This document shows, in pieces, positions 58,229 through 64,000 of a stretch of 64,000 nucleotides of DNA. Position numbers and translations under genes: made by a program. The notes under the pieces are model-generated. The model was not told where the DNA came from. It did no database searches and was given only the letters and a program-made list of their open reading frames with translations. The stretch lies in NCBI RefSeq assembly GCF_017744395.1, contig NZ_JAGIBI010000012.1, forward strand, positions 7,766 through 71,765, given 5' to 3'. This DNA comes from Herbaspirillum sp. (GTDB lineage Bacteria > Pseudomonadota > Gammaproteobacteria > Burkholderiales > Burkholderiaceae_D). Positions within the stretch are counted from its first letter, which is position 1. Every line of letters starts with the position of its first letter.

Positions 58229-58828
58229 CTACTGCGGCACAACCAGCACCCGGCGGGTGACGTGCATCGCGCTTTCCATCGGCGCGCGGTCGCGGCTGAG
58301 CTTGGACAGCAGGCTCGCCCCCAGCCAAAGCTGGTAGAGCATGGTGGCGGTGGCCTGCGGTTCCAGCACGGTATGCAGCGAACCGTCCGCGATGCCCTCG
58401 CCGATGCAATCGGCGATACGGTCGATGAAGCGCCCGGTGCCTTCATGCAGGGCCACGCGCATGTCGTCGGACAGGTCTGCCACTTCGGCGCTGAGCTTGA
58501 CCACCAGGCAGCGCTGCTCGAACTCCTGGCAGCACTGGCTTTCCAGCCAATAGCCCCAGTAGGTCAGCAGGCGTTCGCGCGCGCTGGCGCCATAGGCGGC
58601 GTCTCCGAGCACTTTGCCCAGCAGTTCCAGGTAGCCTTCGACGTAGTGCTCGATGAGCTCGCGACCGTAGCGCTCCTTAGAGCCGAAGTAGTGATAGAAG
58701 GACCCCTTGGGAATATCGGCCGCCGCCAGGATCTCGGACAGGCCGACGCCGGAGAAGCCTTTTTGCGCGATGATCGCGCGCCCGGCCATGAGGATGTTCC
58801 GCTTGTTTTCGTCGTAATTTTCTCGCAT
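58229..58828 (-). CDS. TetR regulator, NemR-like
   Basis: KGSFYHYFGSKE, CLVVKLSAEVADLS. Confidence 0.88.
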   Translation of the reverse strand: MRENYDENKRNILMAGRAIIAQKGFSGVGLSEILAAADIPKGSFYHYFGSKERYGRELIEHYVEGYLELLGKVLGDAAYGASARERLLTYWGYWLESQCCQEFEQRCLVVKLSAEVADLSDDMRVALHEGTGRFIDRIADCIGEGIADGSLHTVLEPQATATMLYQLWLGASLLSKLSRDRAPMESAMHVTRRVLVVPQ

Positions 58829-58849
58829 GGCGGACATTCTAGCGAAAAA

Positions 58850-58866
58850 TTAGACCGGTCGTCTAA
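58850..58866. promoter_or_regulatory. TetR operator TTAGAC-CGGTC-GTCTAA overlapping a -35
   Basis: inverted repeat resembling the NemR box; TAGACG-N18-TAGAAT promoter on the minus strand. Confidence 0.7.
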
Positions 58867-58897
58867 GACCGGCCTTTTTCGGAAAAACACGCCTCCG

Positions 58898-60145
58898 TCA
58901 TTGCTTTCCCGGCGCCGGGAATAACGGCCGTACCGCCAATGCCACCGCCGCCATCGCCAGCCAGACGGCGGCCCAACCCCGCCATTGCAGCAGCGCCGGC
59001 ACCGCCTGCGCGCTCAGGAAGAACACCGTGAATACGCAGCTATTGCCCAGGCCCAGCGCGGTGCCGATCTGCGCCGGCCCGGCCTGCACCGCCAGTTCTG
59101 TATAGGCCACGCCGTGCCAGGCCGACACCGCGATACCGGCGACGGCAAGCGACAAGGCCAGCGGCGCCAGCCCGGCGCCGCATAAGGCCAGCATGCCCAG
59201 CAGCGCGAACAGACCGGCACTCAATAAGGCGCAGCCGCGCAGGAACCCGCGGCGATTGCCGCGACGATCGGTCCAGCGCCCGCTGGCGATGCGCGACACC
59301 GCGGCGCCGACTTGCACGGCCGTCATCACCGCGCTGATCAGCACCAGGCCGGCATGGCCGAAGTCGTGCAGGAAGATGCCGCCGAAACTGATCAGCGCCA
59401 CTTGCGGCGCGCACAGCAAACCGGTGCCCAGCGCCAGACGCCAGACTGTGCCGTTGCGCAAGGCCGGCGTTGCGGTATGTTCCTGCCGGATGGCCTGCTG
59501 CGGCTGCGCCGATGGCGGCGGCTCGCGCAGCCACAGCAAGGTCAGCCAGACGCCGGCCAGGCATCCCGCGATCAGCGCGCCATAGACCGCGCCGAAGCCG
59601 GCATGGGCCGCCAGCGACGGCAGCAGCAAGGCGCCGATGCCGCCGCCCAGCGGCACCGCGGTCTGGCGGATGCTCATCGCCAGGCCGCGCTCGCCGTCGC
59701 GAAACCATCCCATGATCGCGCGCCCGCTCGATCCGTTGACGCTGCCGCCCAGCAAGCCGGCCAGCATCAGCCCGGCGCACAGCCAACGGTAAGTGTTGGC
59801 GCCCTGCCCCGGCAACCCGAACAGCACCAGCAGCCACAGCGCCGCCACCGTCCCCAGCAAACCCGCCAGTAGCACCTTGCGGTCGCCCAGGCGGTCGGTC
59901 AGCACGCCCCAGGGCAGCTCGCCCAGCGCCACACCCAGGCTCAGCAGGCCCAAGGCCAGGCCGAGCTGGGTATTGCTGAGCTGGTAATCCGTGCGCAACA
60001 CCACCGAGGTCACCGGGATGCCGGAAAAGATGGCGGAAAAACTGGCATTGGCGGCCACGCCGGCGGCCAGGACCTTCCAGCGGTGGCGGGCGGCGTTGGG
60101 TGTGGTGATATGCGCTTGGGCGACGGTAGCGGCGGTGGGTTCCAT
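58898..60145 (-). CDS. MFS transporter
   Basis: about 12 TMs, LTDRLGDRKVL, ERGLAMSIRQ. Confidence 0.88.
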   Translation of the reverse strand: MEPTAATVAQAHITTPNAARHRWKVLAAGVAANASFSAIFSGIPVTSVVLRTDYQLSNTQLGLALGLLSLGVALGELPWGVLTDRLGDRKVLLAGLLGTVAALWLLVLFGLPGQGANTYRWLCAGLMLAGLLGGSVNGSSGRAIMGWFRDGERGLAMSIRQTAVPLGGGIGALLLPSLAAHAGFGAVYGALIAGCLAGVWLTLLWLREPPPSAQPQQAIRQEHTATPALRNGTVWRLALGTGLLCAPQVALISFGGIFLHDFGHAGLVLISAVMTAVQVGAAVSRIASGRWTDRRGNRRGFLRGCALLSAGLFALLGMLALCGAGLAPLALSLAVAGIAVSAWHGVAYTELAVQAGPAQIGTALGLGNSCVFTVFFLSAQAVPALLQWRGWAAVWLAMAAVALAVRPLFPAPGKQ

Positions 60146-60246
60146 GACAGGCTCCGGTGAAATCGACCTGCGCAGTGTGCGCTGCATATCTGCGTCCAAA
60201 ATGTCATAATTCCGGCATTTCAAGCCATTCGCTTCCGGAGACGCCC

Positions 60247-61215
60247 ATGCCCATCCGCGACACCGCCTTCCTGATCTTTGCCGATTGCAGCATGCTCGAC
60301 TTCACCGGCCCGCTCTCGGCATTCGACGCCGCCAACCGGGTCGCGGGCAAGACGCTGTACCGCCTGTCGCTGCTGTCGGAGCCGGGCGGCCTGATCCGCA
60401 GTTCGGCCGGTGCCCTCATCCAGACCGAACGCATCGGTGATGCCAAATTCGACACGCTGCTGGTCGCCGGCGGCGGCGCGCCGCGCGAGGGGCTGGTGTC
60501 GGAAGCGTTGCGCAGCTACATCGTGCGCGCGGCCAAGCGCTCGCGCCGCATCGCCGGCGTCTGCACCGGCGCCTTCGTGCTGGCTGCCGCGGGCGTGCTG
60601 GACGGCAAGCGCGCCACCACCCACTGGCGCGTGGCCGCCAAGCTGCAGAAGATGCATCCGAAGGTGCTGGTGGACAGCGACAGGATTTATTCGCGCGATG
60701 GATCGGTATGGACTTCGGCCGGCATCTCAGCCGGCATCGACCTGGCGCTGGCCTTGATCGAGGACGACCATGGCGCCGAACTGGCGCGTGCGGTAGCGCG
60801 CGAACTGGTGGTCTACCATCGCCGCCCGGGCGGGCAATCGCAATTCTCGGCGCTGCAGGAAATGGACGGCGGCAGCGAGCGCATCCGCCGCGCATTGAGC
60901 TTCGCGCGCGAACATTTGCAGCAGGACTTGACGGTCGATGCGCTGGCCGAAGTGGCCTGCCTCTCGCGCCGCCAGTTCGACCGCGCCTTCACCGCCGAAA
61001 CCGGCCAGACACCGGCCAAGGCGATCGAGCAGATGCGCGCGGAAGCGGCGCGCATCCGCATCGAGGAATCCTCCGACTCGCTGGAACAGATCGCCCGCGC
61101 CTCCGGCTTCGGCGACGCCGAGCGCATGCGGCGCGCCTGCATGCGGCTGTTCGGGCAGCCGCCGCAGACCTTGCGCCGGCTGGCGCGCGGGCATGAGGAA
61201 CAGGCGGCGGCCTGA
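60247..61215 (+). CDS. GlxA-family (DJ-1 plus AraC) regulator
   Basis: CTGAF, TTHW, WTSAGISAGIDLAL, RPGGQSQFS. Confidence 0.92.
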   Translation: MPIRDTAFLIFADCSMLDFTGPLSAFDAANRVAGKTLYRLSLLSEPGGLIRSSAGALIQTERIGDAKFDTLLVAGGGAPREGLVSEALRSYIVRAAKRSRRIAGVCTGAFVLAAAGVLDGKRATTHWRVAAKLQKMHPKVLVDSDRIYSRDGSVWTSAGISAGIDLALALIEDDHGAELARAVARELVVYHRRPGGQSQFSALQEMDGGSERIRRALSFAREHLQQDLTVDALAEVACLSRRQFDRAFTAETGQTPAKAIEQMRAEAARIRIEESSDSLEQIARASGFGDAERMRRACMRLFGQPPQTLRRLARGHEEQAAA

Positions 61216-61217
61216 AA

Positions 61218-62375
<1,158 letters not shown>

Positions 62376-62670
62376 GGGGACTTTCTTGTTGTTGGGAGGA
62401 TAAGCCGAAGCCCGGCCCCAGGCCGGCATGGCGAAAAATGCGATTAAATGCTTGCATCGAAATAGCGATATGGCGGCTTGATGGCGGGTTTTCAATCGCA
62501 GCCATCCAAATACCCGAAAATCCATATCGGACCTGGCTTTGCGGGCGATTTCCCGAACCCGCCGCGCAGAAAAAATCGACGATGAGCATGCAAGATGACG
62601 AACAGAGGAGGATAATATTGTCTCGATCCCCGCTTTTTTTATTTTGCGCGACCTTGCCGGCGATTGCCGC

Positions 62671-63261
62671 ATGACCTCATCGGTACAAGGACGCGCATGG
62701 TTCATTGGAAGATTTATTTTGAGTTCAAGCAAAACCAAGCGCTGGCACGGCAACGTCGAGGCCATCAAGCCCGAGTTCCTCAACGGCGTCGTCGGGCAGA
62801 TGACCGCCTATGGCGACCGTGTCCATTTCTCCATGTTCGGCTCGGTGCAAAAGCCGCACTACGAAGTCATCAACAGCTTCGACAAGAAGATGGCTTTCGA
62901 CGGCAACCACCACCTGCATCGTCCCGATGACGAGGAATTCGGCGCGGGCAACGTCACCCCCATCTTCACGATGGACCAGATCAAGCGCATCATAGCCACC
63001 GGCGGCAGCGGCGTGCGCAGCAGCATCCCGCGCGCGGCACGCGCGGCCTCGGCCCGCAGCACCGGCACCGCCCGCCCGACGACTGCGGCGGCGCGCGCCC
63101 GCGAAGCCATCGACGGCGAGAAGTACGCCTACTTCAAGGCCAACCGCGACATGCTGCCGGAAGGGATCAACCAGTATTCGGACGACATCAGCGCGCTGAT
63201 GCTCAAAGGCATGTCCGCCGAACAGGCGTTCGGGGAAATCATCGAGAAGCATTTCGGCTGA
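62671..63261 (+). CDS. hypothetical protein
   Basis: typical codon usage from about 62730; start may be TTG at 62719. Confidence 0.7.
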   Translation: MTSSVQGRAWFIGRFILSSSKTKRWHGNVEAIKPEFLNGVVGQMTAYGDRVHFSMFGSVQKPHYEVINSFDKKMAFDGNHHLHRPDDEEFGAGNVTPIFTMDQIKRIIATGGSGVRSSIPRAARAASARSTGTARPTTAAARAREAIDGEKYAYFKANRDMLPEGINQYSDDISALMLKGMSAEQAFGEIIEKHFG

Positions 63262-63294
63262 TCCGTTTTTCAGCAGCCTCAGCAGCCACGAATG

Positions 63295-63330
63295 AAAATG
63301 GCCGGTGCGATGCACCGGCCATTTTTGTTT
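63295..63330. terminator. bidirectional terminator
   Basis: AAAATGGCCGGTGC/GCACCGGCCATTTT hairpin between convergent genes. Confidence 0.78.
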
Positions 63331-63340
63331 GCGCGCCGGC

Positions 63341-64000
63341 TCAGTAGTACTCCGGCACCATCATGCTATCCGGCACCGGGTGGCGCTCGTAGTCCTCGTG
63401 GCGCTCGCGTTCCGGCAGTATCACCGGCGGATGCGGCACTTCCTGGTACGGCATCTGCCGCAGTAGGTGCTCGATGCAATTCAGGCGCGCCTTTTTCTTG
63501 TCCACCGCCTGCACCACCCACCACGGCGCCTCGGGAATGTGGGTGCGCTCCAGCATCACTTCCTTGGCCTTGGTGTATTCCTCCCAGCGGCGGCGCGACT
63601 CCAGGTCCATCGGACTCAACTTCCACTGCTTCAGCGGGTCGTGGATGCGTGAAAGAAAGCGCAGGTGCTGTTCGTCGTCGGTAATGGAGAACCAGTACTT
63701 GATCACCTGGATGCCGGCGCGGGTGAGCATGCGCTCGAACTCAGGCACCGAGCGGAAGAATTCCTCGTACTGCTCGTCGCTGCAAAAGCCCATGACGCGC
63801 TCGACGCCGGCGCGGTTGTACCAGCTGCGGTCGAACAGCACCATCTCGCCGGCTGCCGGCAGGTGCGACACATAGCGTTGGAAATACCATTGGGTGCGTT
63901 CGCGGTCGTTGGGCGCCGGCAGCGCGGCCACGCGCGCCACGCGCGGATTCAGGCGCTGGGTGATGCGCTTGATCACGCCGCCCTTGCCGGCCGCGTCGCG
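63341..64000 (-). CDS. ppk2: polyphosphate kinase 2 (5' end beyond the window)
   Basis: RDAAGKGG, LFDRSWYNRAG, KQWKLSPMD. Confidence 0.95.
   Translation of the reverse strand, partial: RDAAGKGGVIKRITQRLNPRVARVAALPAPNDRERTQWYFQRYVSHLPAAGEMVLFDRSWYNRAGVERVMGFCSDEQYEEFFRSVPEFERMLTRAGIQVIKYWFSITDDEQHLRFLSRIHDPLKQWKLSPMDLESRRRWEEYTKAKEVMLERTHIPEAPWWVVQAVDKKKARLNCIEHLLRQMPYQEVPHPPVILPERERHEDYERHPVPDSMMVPEYY

Overview
High-GC bacterial chromosome segment; gene content looks betaproteobacterial, Burkholderiales/Oxalobacteraceae-like (inference). From left to right: ribD-ribE; a minus-strand envelope cluster (YbjN-like protein, divergent ECF sigma, anti-sigma, OB-fold membrane protein, lipoprotein, caspase-like C14/Sel1 protein, mini membrane protein, beta-barrel OMP, glycine-zipper lipoprotein); an organosulfur cluster (metY, DszA-like and DszC-like monooxygenases, MetQ-type binding protein); redox, transport and regulator genes; a siaABCD-like module with a soluble CBS-domain phosphatase; an atypical orphan response regulator; an MCP; a sigma54/GntR-controlled ABC-racemase-dihydropyrimidinase operon; kdpFABC and kdpDE; a Cache-PAS-GGDEF cyclase; more redox and regulator genes; and a partial ppk2. 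The main observations not shown by the ORF track are four. (1) A bipartite motif, TCCG-N17-CGAATAGG, occurs three times at identical spacing upstream of three transcription units of the ECF cluster, one of them the sigma's own operon. (2) Two copies of a ~730-bp nested-palindrome element with GTAG-type ends show fully compensated stems and an internal flip, and the neighbouring gene ends are strongly cytosine-depleted on one strand. (3) A TorF-family porin gene carries a promoter with the same four-repeat and -10 geometry as the kdpF promoter. (4) An unannotated 37-aa membrane ORF is coupled to kdpF. All alignments and counts were done by hand; no database searches were run.
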